From contig NYSS01000182.1 in assembly GCA_002683135.1 (NCBI GenBank), forward strand, positions 14,005-78,004: a stretch of 64,000 nucleotides of DNA, read 5' to 3'. The notes beneath the pieces were generated by a model. That model made no database searches. It saw nothing but the letters and a program-made list of their open reading frames with translations, and was not told the DNA's origin. The position numbers and the translations under genes were made by a program. Below are positions 36,721 through 46,159 of this stretch, in pieces; the first letter of the stretch is position 1; each line of letters begins with the position of its first letter. This DNA is from Planctomycetota bacterium (GTDB taxonomy: Bacteria > Planctomycetota > GCA-002687715).

Positions 36721-37323
36721 TTAGGCTGCGCTTTTCTTGGATAAGTAATCATCCAACAAAGGGTGTTCGACTTGTAAGTGTTCAGATACACAATAAGTAG
36801 AAATAGCCGTTGGTATGTGGGCAGTGATTTTAGACACAAACAATGCCTTATTCTCAAAACTTTCCAATACAGCATAGCCTTCGTTCTGATATAAGGCAGC
36901 TACACGATGTTCTAAAAGCCAAAAGTTCATCGCACTTTCAACGTATTCATCTTTGAAAACCACATGATCAACATGCTTAGCGACGTAGTGCAACACACTG
37001 GCGTTTCTATTCATCCTGAAGCCATCTTCAGAAAACACAGTATCTTTACTATAAACCTCTTCGGCGTTAACCAATATTGGCTCTTTACTGACGTAAAAAA
37101 TGGATTTAGATACAGGGGTAATGAACTGCTTGACTGCAAGACCATTACAAACTTGGGTCAAATCGATACCTGGCTCGTGATAAGAAACCTCAATGACAAA
37201 AACATCACAATGATGCGCAATACACTTCAATGCCGGAACCAAACCCGTCTCGTTCTTACTTTCTAAATAGGTTTTTACTGCATTTATACCGACATCAATT
37301 GTCGATCTTAATACCATTCCCAT
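36721..37323 (-). CDS. hypothetical protein (200 aa)
   Basis: Track ORF. Confidence 0.55.
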   Translation of the reverse strand: MGMVLRSTIDVGINAVKTYLESKNETGLVPALKCIAHHCDVFVIEVSYHEPGIDLTQVCNGLAVKQFITPVSKSIFYVSKEPILVNAEEVYSKDTVFSEDGFRMNRNASVLHYVAKHVDHVVFKDEYVESAMNFWLLEHRVAALYQNEGYAVLESFENKALFVSKITAHIPTAISTYCVSEHLQVEHPLLDDYLSKKSAA

Positions 37324-37425
37324 AACTCTCTCGCTTAATGAACTAATTGCAAAATGAATAACTAATATGCAGCATAATGACTGTTTTTAATCATGTAAAG
37401 TTGCGTCTTCAAATGCGACTCAGAT

Positions 37426-37761
37426 TTACGTAGATAGCGCCTCTTTTTTATATATGTAGGCCGCACCTATACCAAGAGGGTGAACCGTCCAGATTAAAAT
37501 TGATAAAGCACTTACGACATATGCAGCAACATAATTCACCGTTTGACTATAAAAAGGCATGACATGCTCTATAGCGGGTAAGAGAACTGCTTTGATAGGG
37601 ACGCTGATTGACACAAGTGCAAGTAAAAGCGCACTCATCATTAAAAGTTGACTCTCAGCGAAACATTTCTCGGTGCTAAACGCTCTTCGAATTGTAATAA
37701 ATCCACAAATCCACCCAGTGATAGTAAACAAACAGAATAAAATTATCTGAACCATTTCCAT
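37426..37761 (-). CDS. membrane protein (111 aa)
   Basis: Track ORF; three hydrophobic segments. Confidence 0.55.
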   Translation of the reverse strand: MEMVQIILFCLFTITGWICGFITIRRAFSTEKCFAESQLLMMSALLLALVSISVPIKAVLLPAIEHVMPFYSQTVNYVAAYVVSALSILIWTVHPLGIGAAYIYKKEALST

Positions 37762-37773
37762 ATTTTCACCCTG

Positions 37774-37911
37774 TTATATTTTTCTTAAAAATACATCACC
37801 AGCTAACACTAACATCAACAGAAACAGGACAGCAAAAGTTATAGCAATAAAAAATAATGTCAGAAACTCACCTGGATTTTTTGATACCCATTCATCAATT
37901 TTTTTAAACAT
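37774..37911 (-). CDS. small membrane protein (45 aa), absent from ORF track
   Basis: ATG 37911; MFKKIDEWVSKNPGEFLTLFFIAITFAVLFLLMLVLAGDVFLRKI. Its stop lies 12 nt before the next start. Confidence 0.4.
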   Translation of the reverse strand: MFKKIDEWVSKNPGEFLTLFFIAITFAVLFLLMLVLAGDVFLRKI

Positions 37912-37983
37912 GTTATCCACTACTACCTGTTGTTAATACTAAAAAAACACATACGCATAAGACACTTCAAAATAAAGATTAAT

Positions 37984-38229
37984 TCACAAGTTCTCCAAAG
38001 ACCAGTCGTTAGCAGATACCGCATTTTCAAGAGAGTTGATATTAGCAACTAATTCAACAAGACCCAGAGATACTAATTTAGCGCGGGTGGCATCATCTAA
38101 ATAGACTGCGCGTGCACAATTAAGTAATGCATCTTCAGTTTTATTGCTGTCGCTATCAGTTGCTTCTGAAACAGGTGTACCAGTGAAAAATTCAAAAGCG
38201 GCTTCTTGAGATAAAATTGGAGTAATCAT
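37984..38229 (-). CDS. hypothetical protein (81 aa)
   Basis: Start moved from track TTG 38241 to ATG 38229, 11 nt after the PK. Confidence 0.65.
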   Translation of the reverse strand: MITPILSQEAAFEFFTGTPVSEATDSDSNKTEDALLNCARAVYLDDATRAKLVSLGLVELVANINSLENAVSANDWSLENL

Positions 38230-38309
38230 GTTGGTTTCCAACCCCTGAACTAGACCGAGGTGCGTCTTTAGATGTAATTTATATTAATTTGTGTGCGCAC
38301 ATAAGTCAA
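38230..38309 (-). promoter_or_regulatory. class-A promoter/operator + PK leader (minus strand)
   Basis: AGTCAA 38304-38309 (= -35 TTGACT), GTGCGCAC 38293-38300, ATATTA 38281-38286. S2 GAGGT 38257-38261/ACCCC 38241-38245. Confidence 0.8.
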
Positions 38310-38373
38310 TGTGAATTTTATTATGCAGTAACGCGAATGAGGCTAAGTTATCAAGTACAATTGCTGCAACGGA

Positions 38374-38805
38374 TCAGTCTTTAGCGAGCAAGCTAATGAA
38401 ATCATTACACCAATCTGGAAAATTAAGATCGAGCATTACATCTTCACGGTTTGCCCTGTTAACAAAGTAGGTATTGAGTTCTGAGATTGCTTTGCGTTTT
38501 TCCAAGCGCGAGAACTCAGCAAGGGCATCATCTGCCGTCGTATTTCTCGCATCCTTAATTTTATAGAAGGCATCCGGCTTTCCTTCTTTCATCTCCCAAG
38601 ATACCTGCATCAATAGCGCATTATGTGCAGCAAGTTCTGTCACTTTTTGTTTTGCTTCGGCAAGTGCCAACTCAAGCGCTTTGATCTGATTTTCAGCGTC
38701 ATCTAGATCGCACGTATCGCATTTTCCTATTTGACTGCCGTGTACACAGTCTCTTGGGTGGTCTTTGGTTCTGTGTAGCAGTTCATCACTCATTCTCTTC
38801 TCCAA
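38374..38805 (-). CDS. hypothetical protein (143 aa, coiled-coil segment)
   Basis: Track ORF. Confidence 0.55.
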   Translation of the reverse strand: MEKRMSDELLHRTKDHPRDCVHGSQIGKCDTCDLDDAENQIKALELALAEAKQKVTELAAHNALLMQVSWEMKEGKPDAFYKIKDARNTTADDALAEFSRLEKRKAISELNTYFVNRANREDVMLDLNFPDWCNDFISLLAKD

Positions 38806-38970
38806 CGTGGATTGCGCTTTCTATCACCTTTGCTTCGCTTTTCAAAATGACACTTTTGACCAGCTCGTTTTTCAAACGAGCATATGTGCTCAACCTGTTT
38901 TTTCGTAAGCAAAGGCTCATCATCGAAATTCATATCATCAAGTGCTTTTCTAAACAGGTTGATTGCCATT
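38790..38970 (-). CDS. small basic hypothetical protein (about 60 aa)
   Basis: Internal ATG (MAINLF...) of track ORF 38790..39035; overlaps its neighbours by a few codons. Confidence 0.35.
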
Positions 38971-39246
38971 ATCTTGATCCAAACTCTTGTGATAATCATG
39001 ATCTTGTACAAATTCTTCGCCGTGCACAGCGCCAAACGGGTGAGGCCATTTATCCCATTTCACACGATGACCTTCCCAGCAGTCATGACCGACAACCTCA
39101 CCAAGACCATCTTTTTCGGCATAAAGGTTTCCTGGACTAAACTCATCAGGCCCACTGGACAACTCTTTAACAAATTTGATTCGAGTGCCGATTGGAAGCT
39201 TGACCTCTTTCATGTTTAGTTTTTTCGGAAATTTCATAAAGGCCAT
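38950..39246 (-). CDS. hypothetical protein (98 aa)
   Basis: Track ORF in the minus-strand operon. Confidence 0.5.
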   Translation of the reverse strand: MAFMKFPKKLNMKEVKLPIGTRIKFVKELSSGPDEFSPGNLYAEKDGLGEVVGHDCWEGHRVKWDKWPHPFGAVHGEEFVQDHDYHKSLDQDNGNQPV

Positions 39247-39266
39247 GGAAATATTCTCTGTGAAAT

Positions 39267-39635
39267 CTACAATTTCAATGTTTGTTTTGCGGCGTAAATA
39301 ACTTCATCAGCCCAGTCATGATCAAAACCGGGCATAGCGGGTAACTTCGCAACTACCTCATCCGGCAAGGCATCTATATATTCTTTCTGTGCCTCTATAA
39401 TATCCAATAGAGACTTAATCATTTTTTTACCCGCTACCATTTCAAAAACTTCAAACCCAAATTTTTCGCCTAAAACAGATTCTAGTGCGCCTTCTCTAGC
39501 ATCATCATGATTATCGAACGTTGCAAACTCAGCCTCATTTGTCGCAATGTTTGTACAGCGCATTAAAGGAATAAAACCACCGCTTTGGGTATTTAGCATT
39601 ACAAAAAATCGCCCTTTTTCACACATGTCTCTCAT
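39267..39635 (-). CDS. hypothetical protein (122 aa); C-terminal 50 aa paralogous to 61445..61603
   Basis: MIKSLLDIIEAQKEYIDALPDEVVAKLPAMPGFDHDWADEVIYAAKQ aligns with MIKELLEIIEAQREYIDALPESVVSTLPVMPGHDRDWADEVIYAAKK. Confidence 0.55.
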   Translation of the reverse strand: MRDMCEKGRFFVMLNTQSGGFIPLMRCTNIATNEAEFATFDNHDDAREGALESVLGEKFGFEVFEMVAGKKMIKSLLDIIEAQKEYIDALPDEVVAKLPAMPGFDHDWADEVIYAAKQTLKL

Positions 39636-39903
39636 TCCTATTTAATTGTTGATTAGTACCTAACGCCATTGCCCATAGATTCGCTATTTTGGTTCGACTT
39701 TCTATGTCTATCACTTTGACTTGTCGATTAGGTTTAGCGGTTTCAATAGTCTGATATTTATCAGCATGGCGTATATTGTAAAGTAGCCCTGATGCTTTAT
39801 AGGCAGGTATACCCAGAGCCTTACCTAATGATGAAGCCGTGTGGAATTGTCCCGATTTCAACATGATTTCAGCTGCTTCTAGCGTTGTTACCTTTTGTTT
39901 CAT
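39619..39903 (-). CDS. small protein, possible winged-helix DNA binder
   Basis: 94 aa; the TTLEAAEIMLKSGQFHTASSLGKALGIPAYKASGLLYNI layout is wHTH-like. Weak call. Confidence 0.4.
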   Translation of the reverse strand: MKQKVTTLEAAEIMLKSGQFHTASSLGKALGIPAYKASGLLYNIRHADKYQTIETAKPNRQVKVIDIESRTKIANLWAMALGTNQQLNRNERHV

Positions 39904-39909
39904 ACAACA

Positions 39910-40233
39910 TCACCCCGATAGATTACATTCTAAACGCCATATATTGATTGTTTTTCTTGGTTGTTGACTTTGAATAAATTCGGCCCATGAAACGGCATCA
40001 AACAAACTGGTAATGGGGCGGCTTTCCACTTTGTATTTATCAGCGTCTTTACCGAATAGAGAAGTAACGAAATACTTGTTTTCATCGTATCTGTCAGTCG
40101 CTAAATCTCTTAAGTCTTTGCCGGACTCCAAGTTTCCTATAAATGACAGTAGGTAAGCTGGATTGGGGGTTTCAGCTTTTTGGATAACACAGCGTTTATC
40201 TGTGAAAGAGTAGAAGTAGAATTGTTCGCTCAC
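39910..40233 (-). CDS. hypothetical protein (107 aa, GTG start)
   Basis: GTG lies 12 nt after the PK leader. Confidence 0.65.
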   Translation of the reverse strand: MSEQFYFYSFTDKRCVIQKAETPNPAYLLSFIGNLESGKDLRDLATDRYDENKYFVTSLFGKDADKYKVESRPITSLFDAVSWAEFIQSQQPRKTINIWRLECNLSG

Positions 40234-40311
40234 GGCATGTGTCCTACCCCTGAAATGACCGAGGTGCGTCGTTGATGTGAATATTATAATTTATGTGCGC
40301 ACATAAATCAA
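40234..40311 (-). promoter_or_regulatory. class-A promoter/operator + PK leader (minus strand)
   Basis: AATCAA 40306-40311 (= TTGATT), GTGCGCAC 40295-40302. S2 GAGGT 40261-40265/ACCCC 40246-40250. Confidence 0.8.
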
Positions 40312-40318
40312 GAAGTAA

Positions 40319-40816
40319 TTAAGGACGCAAAATAGGGGTATTGGTCGAAGTGATCAAATACTCAACTTGTTGGATTTCTTCATCTGTTTTTGCCCATACA
40401 GGTAATGTCTGCCCCCAATACTTAATGAACTCATCCCGTTCTTGTTCTGTGAGCGCAAAACCAAAATAATCGTCGGCTAATTCAGTGCAAGGCTCGACGA
40501 TATTTTTATTAGCATCTACTATCCAGCTGTGCCTAAACCACTTACCTTTTTTGAGAGCCATACCCGTGAACACCTTGTCTCCATCTTCACTGTGGTTATT
40601 CCATTCATATGCTACCGCTTGATGACAGGTTCCTTCAGGATGATCACAGACAAACGCGCTATCAGATACAAGCTCTAACAGTTCTCCACGCGATATGGTT
40701 TTCTTAATGTCTGAATCGACTTCTAGCGCATATAATGACTCACTATCCTGATTAGCTAACGCAGTATCACCTACCGCATTTACAAGCTTATCGAAAAGTT
40801 GTTCAACATTATTCAC
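40319..40816 (-). CDS. hypothetical protein (165 aa) with Cys...His-x-Trp...Asp pattern
   Basis: GTCHQAVAYEW...FRHSWIVDANKNIVEP; a similar pattern occurs in 48242..48703. Confidence 0.5.
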   Translation of the reverse strand: MNNVEQLFDKLVNAVGDTALANQDSESLYALEVDSDIKKTISRGELLELVSDSAFVCDHPEGTCHQAVAYEWNNHSEDGDKVFTGMALKKGKWFRHSWIVDANKNIVEPCTELADDYFGFALTEQERDEFIKYWGQTLPVWAKTDEEIQQVEYLITSTNTPILRP

Positions 40817-40821
40817 TGGCT

Positions 40822-41070
40822 CTAAACCTCTGATTTCTTACTCATGATGTCGTGGGCATCTTTTAATTTCGCATAGCGTCTTTTCTCTACATCGCTATAC
40901 GGCATCGGTATGAGGATACTCAAAATACCCAAGGCCATGAATACGCCGCCCATAGCAACAAGAAAACCACCACCAATAAACAAGTAATCAAGCAGCCCTA
41001 GAAAACCACCCAACAAGAGCATGACCATTGGCAATAGGTCTAAAACCGTTCTTAACGTCTTATGTTTCAT
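40822..41070 (-). CDS. small membrane protein (82 aa)
   Basis: Two hydrophobic segments. Confidence 0.5.
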   Translation of the reverse strand: MKHKTLRTVLDLLPMVMLLLGGFLGLLDYLFIGGGFLVAMGGVFMALGILSILIPMPYSDVEKRRYAKLKDAHDIMSKKSEV

Positions 41071-41094
41071 ATTACAAACTATTCCTTAATCGTA

Positions 41095-41556
41095 TTAATG
41101 CATACCAGGCACAATGTGCACATCGGCTTCTTCATTAATATCAAGCCATTCGTGATAGCGTTCGCTACCTTCTACCGACAGTTGATCGTTTTCATCTAGT
41201 TCATTGAGAAGGGCATGGCATTCATCAACCTTACCCTTTAGCTTCACAATTTCTTGTTTCTGCTCATCAAGTACATCTGCCGTTGTTTTACCTTCAACAA
41301 AACGACAAGTGAGCTCTAGCTGGCGATCATCGACTTTAAAATTATTGGTAGTGAAGTTTTCGATATTCTGCTCAATCATTACAGTTGCAATGTAATCAGC
41401 TACAGTCACAAGTTTTTCTTCAGCACTCTTCAGTTCTGCATTTTCTTTTTCGAGTGCTTCAATACGCTTCATAAGTTCATTGTTTTCCTGCTCAAGTTCC
41501 TCGAATAAATCATCTGCAATCGTATCGTTCGTTACTACGTCCATTGAGTGGCCCAT
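41095..41556 (-). CDS. acidic coiled-coil protein (153 aa)
   Basis: Track ORF with AGGAA RBS. Confidence 0.55.
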   Translation of the reverse strand: MGHSMDVVTNDTIADDLFEELEQENNELMKRIEALEKENAELKSAEEKLVTVADYIATVMIEQNIENFTTNNFKVDDRQLELTCRFVEGKTTADVLDEQKQEIVKLKGKVDECHALLNELDENDQLSVEGSERYHEWLDINEEADVHIVPGMH

Positions 41557-41573
41557 TTTAAATTCCTAACTGG

Positions 41574-41762
41574 TTATGATGCAATTTGTTCAGGTTGAGT
41601 GGCATCTGCTTTGCACGAGGTACACACATGGGCATTGCCTTCTGCATTCCAATTATGATCTCGTTTGAGCAAGGTATTCGCGTGCTCTTCATCAAAGGCC
41701 CACACTTCTTGAGATTTTTTACATAAGTCACAAAAGGCGCTATGTCTAAGTTTAAAAGCCAT
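41574..41762 (-). CDS. small Cys4 zinc-ribbon-like protein (62 aa)
   Basis: CDLCKK...CTSCK. Confidence 0.45.
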   Translation of the reverse strand: MAFKLRHSAFCDLCKKSQEVWAFDEEHANTLLKRDHNWNAEGNAHVCTSCKADATQPEQIAS

Positions 41763-41807
41763 GATTTTAACTTCCTCTATTTCATTGCCATGCTGGTGGC
41801 ATTGTCC

Positions 41808-42047
41808 TTATAATTTGACTGCGCTTATTTTTTGCTTTGCCTGATAGTTATCAAAGCAATGTGCAACAATTTCAGTAATGTATTTAAACACCACGCAGAT
41901 ACCGACATTTAAGAAGACAAACATAAGTGGGGCGCTCATAGCATCACCTGAAAGGTAATTCATTAACACGTATTTGTTAGCTGTGATTAGCAAAAACACT
42001 TGAAAGGCTACAAGTGAAATAAGAGTGTTAGCTTTAAGATTTTTCAT
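41808..42047 (-). CDS. small membrane protein (79 aa)
   Basis: ATG lies 11 nt after the PK leader. Confidence 0.65.
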   Translation of the reverse strand: MKNLKANTLISLVAFQVFLLITANKYVLMNYLSGDAMSAPLMFVFLNVGICVVFKYITEIVAHCFDNYQAKQKISAVKL

Positions 42048-42124
42048 GATAAATTCCTACCCCTGACTAAGCCGAGGTGCGCCGTGTTAATGATAATAAT
42101 AATTTCCGTGCGCACATAAGTCAA
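42048..42124 (-). promoter_or_regulatory. class-A promoter/operator + PK leader (minus strand)
   Basis: AGTCAA 42119-42124, GTGCGCAC 42108-42115. PK S1 42081-42083/42070-42072 (GGC:GCU); S2 GAGGT 42074-42078/ACCCC 42059-42063. Confidence 0.8.
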
Positions 42125-42138
42125 GTGCTTATTAATTT

Positions 42139-42630
42139 TTACATCGTTGGCGCATTGTGTTCATCTAAGCTCATTTCCATCACACGCTCGTTCATAAGCA
42201 GCTTTTCAACCAAAATATTTTGCTGTTTAAGTCGTCCTTCTGGCATAGCATCAATCTTAATAAACCGCCTAAGAATGCTTGCATCAATTACCCCAAGGTC
42301 AAAAGCCTTTGTGCCTATTGATAATATATTGCTACTTGCTTTTTCCATATCCGTAACTAAGGCTTCGCGCTCTTCAAAAAGGGTATTTGCTAAATACGTT
42401 TCTTTAATCTTTAAGGCAACGTTAGGCAGGTGGTTTTCGAGCGCTATCAGCACGCCCACTGCAATACCTGAATAAGCCCCGTTCATAAGGATATCGGTAT
42501 TTTCCGTGACCAATCCATATGCCATGGTACCTAATGCAAGATTGAGTGATGTTGCAAAAAAAGTGTTTGCACCTTCTCGCGTGCGTAACTTGGACCGTAA
42601 TTTTGTTAAGGCTGAAGGAGTGCTATACAT
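42139..42630 (-). CDS. hypothetical protein (163 aa)
   Basis: ATG 42630 with GAGG RBS, 1 nt after the upstream stop; preferred over the track TTG at 42642. Confidence 0.5.
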   Translation of the reverse strand: MYSTPSALTKLRSKLRTREGANTFFATSLNLALGTMAYGLVTENTDILMNGAYSGIAVGVLIALENHLPNVALKIKETYLANTLFEEREALVTDMEKASSNILSIGTKAFDLGVIDASILRRFIKIDAMPEGRLKQQNILVEKLLMNERVMEMSLDEHNAPTM

Positions 42631-42631
42631 G

Positions 42632-42982
42632 TTACACCTCAATATTTCCGTTTAGCGTAAGATTGAATTGCTGAGATATATCCATGACAGCTTTTTCAAT
42701 AAGTTCTAAAGTTGAGTTAATTTCATCTTCATTATCATTGGCCAATTGAGAACCTTTTTGAGATTTCAGGCCGGTAAGATACACGCCAGATACCGATAAC
42801 AGCTCATTTAAATCGTTTACCATCGGCAGCAAATATTTCGTTGCTAGTGCTTCGGATATAGAATCGATACAGGCATCGATTCGTGTCAGCAAATGGTTTA
42901 TTCGCTCAAACAGCGCCGTAAAGCGCTGAAAGAAAGGGTGTGATGTTTTAACGGGTTTACTTAGTAGCGCACTTTTTAGCAT
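42632..42982 (-). CDS. hypothetical protein (116 aa)
   Basis: ATG 42982 is preferred over the track TTG at 42997. Confidence 0.5.
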   Translation of the reverse strand: MLKSALLSKPVKTSHPFFQRFTALFERINHLLTRIDACIDSISEALATKYLLPMVNDLNELLSVSGVYLTGLKSQKGSQLANDNEDEINSTLELIEKAVMDISQQFNLTLNGNIEV

Positions 42983-43079
42983 AAGGTTTAAATCCAAATT
43001 TTATTTTAGATTATAATGCACAAATCGTACTAAATATGCAACATGAAGAGCGGCAAGTTTGCAAGTCGTGCCGCTCAAT

Positions 43080-43439
43080 TTACATGGAAAGGATAGGGCG
43101 AGTATCCATCATGTCGTTGAGTTTGTCTTGAATCTCTTCGACGGATTCTGTTTCAAATACCGGTGGTTCAGACTCATTAACGATATTAATGCCGTTCTCA
43201 TCATCATTGTACGCTTTTAAGATGGTAAAGCGTTTCGCTTCTGGGAATTCACGTTCTGCTGGCTCTTCATGGTCAATCCACAGGGTGTAGTACTGCCCAT
43301 CAACATTAAAATAAAAGGACGGCGCTACATCATGACAATAGCTTTTATCGACTAAATCAGGGAAGTCATTTAGGTCTATTCCTAGATCAAACTTCGCGCC
43401 AAACTCTTCCTGATACTGCGCATATAAATCATCTGCCAT
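43080..43439 (-). CDS. acidic hypothetical protein (119 aa)
   Basis: Track ORF. Confidence 0.55.
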   Translation of the reverse strand: MADDLYAQYQEEFGAKFDLGIDLNDFPDLVDKSYCHDVAPSFYFNVDGQYYTLWIDHEEPAEREFPEAKRFTILKAYNDDENGINIVNESEPPVFETESVEEIQDKLNDMMDTRPILSM

Positions 43440-43457
43440 ACTTTATACCTCGCTAGA

Positions 43458-43745
43458 TTACTTCTTAGGGATAGACGTTATCTGACCATTCTCATTAAAT
43501 TGCGTCTTCAATACATCATAGCCTTGCTCATCAAGAAAGCGCAAAAGTTCTGATGCCAACCCTTCGGCGAGATTTACGCCTTTGGTACCACTTTCCTTCG
43601 CGGCTACAATAGGCTGGCCCTTTTGACCATGCTTAATCCCGGTTAACGGCGTTAAGTTGAAAAGACGTGCCCAGTCGTTTTGAGAAGCACCCGTTATCTG
43701 GCGTGCTTCCATGTATAATTTTTTGTTGCGTAATTTACTGTCCAT
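43458..43745 (-). CDS. hypothetical protein (95 aa), possible HTH
   Basis: Internal ATG 43745 with GAGGAAA RBS removes the 62-nt overlap with 43783..43998. Confidence 0.45.
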   Translation of the reverse strand: MDSKLRNKKLYMEARQITGASQNDWARLFNLTPLTGIKHGQKGQPIVAAKESGTKGVNLAEGLASELLRFLDEQGYDVLKTQFNENGQITSIPKK

Positions 43746-43782
43746 TGATGATTTCCTCTGCCTTAACGTGTTTACTATGATT

Positions 43783-43998
43783 TCATTGAGTTGAGTACTG
43801 TTTTTCTGCAGATGATTCCGCAATTCTTTCACCGGTATCAACATGTTCTACCCATACTCGCCAACCTTTACTTGCTAAATTTTCAAAAGCCTCATTAGCA
43901 GCTGCACGAGTAAACGGACTTTTATCGGCAATTTTAACAGCAGTAAAGATCTCAGGGTTACCAGCGATAAACTTAACGTTCCAAATTTTTTTACTCAT
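43783..43998 (-). CDS. hypothetical protein (71 aa)
   Basis: Track ORF. Confidence 0.45.
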   Translation of the reverse strand: MSKKIWNVKFIAGNPEIFTAVKIADKSPFTRAAANEAFENLASKGWRVWVEHVDTGERIAESSAEKQYSTQ

Positions 43999-44020
43999 TT
44001 TCTACTCAATTCCTAGTGTA

Positions 44021-44146
44021 TTAGATAGCGCTAGTGCGGTTAATAGACACCATGCCTAAACCTTTGAGTTCGACGTGGATACAACGGTTCGTGTTTTGAT
44101 CTTCCCATACATTGAAAACAGGCTGTTTAATTAATAGGGTTGACAT
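44021..44146 (-). CDS. small hypothetical protein (41 aa), absent from ORF track
   Basis: ATG 44146 with GAGG RBS; fills an otherwise empty gap in the operon. Confidence 0.3.
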   Translation of the reverse strand: MSTLLIKQPVFNVWEDQNTNRCIHVELKGLGMVSINRTSAI

Positions 44147-44200
44147 ACTTACCTCGACTTTAATTGTTTTGAGCCCCAGTAGGAGAAGGGGCATGCTTAT

Positions 44201-44734
44201 TCACCCAGTAACAACTTGGCTTAGTGATACTTGGCAAGCCTTCATGCGATAGGTTGCGTTATCAGACAGCGACTTTACTAACCATCCTTTTTTACCTGAA
44301 TACTTGCTGATGAGCTCGTAGATAACACCTTGGAACTTCAATTTCATTCCGGCTTTTACAGAAGCTCGCTTTTTGGCACGCTCACGCTGCATGGCATGAT
44401 ATTCAAATACTTTCTCATGCCATGTTTTAGTACAATCAGAAAGCGTTCTACCTGATGCTACAGTACGTTTAATAAACCCAATGGGGCAATTGTAGTGATA
44501 AGGCTGACTAGTATCGTCAAACTCTTTATAGCCGTAGATGCCGTCATCTTTTTGCAAAAGCATTAACGTGACAAAGATATCGCATTTGCGCTCACCTTCA
44601 TTTACCTGAAGTAATAACCAAAGATTATTGCCTCTAACTGCATGATCTAACTTTGTGAGTGATTTGCTCACCTGCGTACAATGCTCAATGATGTCATTTT
44701 TAGTACGCCAATCGTTACCGTATGTCCAACCCAT
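44201..44734 (-). CDS. hypothetical protein (177 aa)
   Basis: ATG 44734 (MGWTYGNDW...) with GAGGT RBS 7 nt upstream; preferred over track 44755. Confidence 0.55.
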   Translation of the reverse strand: MGWTYGNDWRTKNDIIEHCTQVSKSLTKLDHAVRGNNLWLLLQVNEGERKCDIFVTLMLLQKDDGIYGYKEFDDTSQPYHYNCPIGFIKRTVASGRTLSDCTKTWHEKVFEYHAMQRERAKKRASVKAGMKLKFQGVIYELISKYSGKKGWLVKSLSDNATYRMKACQVSLSQVVTG

Positions 44735-44762
44735 GACGATTACCTCGTTAAACAATACGTTG

Positions 44763-45020
44763 TTAAGGTTGAGTAGGAGATTTGATTTGCTGATAACCCT
44801 CTTTTACACGCACATGTGGATAGTTGCCGCGTGCCTTTTCCAGTTCGCATAACAGGCCTAGCATGACTTCAGCTACGTCTGAATAATTACACCCTGCTTT
44901 TACGATACGTCGGGCTTCATCTTCTGCTGTCCACGTTCTGCTTGGCGTATCCGTATAACGCAAACGGTCAACAGTAGGTGCGCAATCAATGTGTACGATT
45001 TTAGTTTCTTGTGTAGACAT
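44763..45020 (-). CDS. hypothetical protein (85 aa)
   Basis: Track ORF behind a class-B promoter. Confidence 0.55.
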   Translation of the reverse strand: MSTQETKIVHIDCAPTVDRLRYTDTPSRTWTAEDEARRIVKAGCNYSDVAEVMLGLLCELEKARGNYPHVRVKEGYQQIKSPTQP

Positions 45021-45108
45021 GGTATTAACCTCGCTATGTAAATTTATTGCAGGTGGTAGGAGTCACCCGATTGAGACTTAATTATACATACCCAATAGAT
45101 ATACGAAA
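45021..45108 (-). promoter_or_regulatory. class-B promoter without PK leader (minus strand)
   Basis: Minus-strand reading: TTTCGT-N16 (ATATCTATTGGGTATG)-TATAAT. Plus-strand coordinates: 45103-45108, 45087-45102, 45081-45086. Confidence 0.5.
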
Positions 45109-45389
45109 GAGGGTTTTTTAAAAAAAGTAAGTTGTTTGTATGAAAGGATTAAATATAGGATAGAAGTATTGAGATGAGTTCGTTACCTCGCGCTCATCTC
45201 ATAGGCGCAGGTGGTGTAGGAGCCCCTGCGCTGACTATTACTGTGTGACCCGTAGGTGAGGGTGGCTACCGCGGAGTTTTTCTATCTTACATAGCAAACC
45301 AAGCATCACTTCTGCTTTGGGTTCTGTGTAAAGCCAACAATCTGCACTAGGTGTACGGCCAATATACACGCTAGTCGATTTTTGACATG

Positions 45390-45659
45390 TTATATTTTCC
45401 CATTAAAAAATTGGTATTCCGTTTGGCCGAAATGTGCGGCTAACGCCTCATAACTGATAAGCGATTTCAGGCAAAAGTTTTTGGCCACCTGCCATGAGTT
45501 ATACACACCGTGCACTGTACACCTGGTCTGCATTTCAATTGGACGCCCTTTCAGCTTCCTAAATTCATAAACGCGGGTGGAATGCCTGCCATCATTGGAC
45601 GCAATAACCAGTAAATCTTTTGTCTTCTTTAAGATGTTAGGTGCTTGATTCATGCCCAA
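45390..45659 (-). CDS. hypothetical protein (89 aa)
   Basis: Track ORF; overlaps the upstream gene by 10 nt. Confidence 0.5.
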   Translation of the reverse strand: MGMNQAPNILKKTKDLLVIASNDGRHSTRVYEFRKLKGRPIEMQTRCTVHGVYNSWQVAKNFCLKSLISYEALAAHFGQTEYQFFNGKI

Positions 45660-45997
45660 TTAGGTCCTTTGTCGATGGTGGTTTTAAAATGAACGTCTTC
45701 ATCCGGCGTATCACTCACGTATACCAACCGTAATTTAACATCAGTCGTTATCTTTACATTGGTAGGCGCCATGTTCGCATAATCGTGGAAGTATTCACCG
45801 TCACGCTCAACAAAATTCCAGCACCATAACAGGTCACCTTTTTCGATTTGGTATGTCTTCTCATTTTCTGGGTCTGTAATATCCCAACATAGGGTACCGC
45901 TATTCTCTGCGATAACAATACACTGATCGTCACCTCTTTTAACGGCACGCTTTATTTCATCTTCAGACATGAATTTAAATGGGGCTTTAGTAGGCAT
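45650..45997 (-). CDS. hypothetical protein (115 aa)
   Basis: Track ORF. Confidence 0.55.
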   Translation of the reverse strand: MPTKAPFKFMSEDEIKRAVKRGDDQCIVIAENSGTLCWDITDPENEKTYQIEKGDLLWCWNFVERDGEYFHDYANMAPTNVKITTDVKLRLVYVSDTPDEDVHFKTTIDKGPNWA

Positions 45998-46006
45998 GAT
46001 AATTCC

Positions 46007-46159
46007 TTATTGTGCTGGCACGATTGAAAGATACATTTGTACACCAGGCGCTTGTTGGCTGACCCAGTTACTGGCTAAATCGTAAGAATTGAAAGAGGAA
46101 GGGATTGCATACCCAAGATTGAAACCGGTTCTTGCTACTACCTGATACTTGTTATTCAT
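46007..46159 (-). CDS. small hypothetical protein (50 aa), absent from ORF track
   Basis: ATG 46159 lies 10 nt after a PK leader; its stop is 9 nt before the next start. Confidence 0.55.
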   Translation of the reverse strand: MNNKYQVVARTGFNLGYAIPSSFNSYDLASNWVSQQAPGVQMYLSIVPAQ

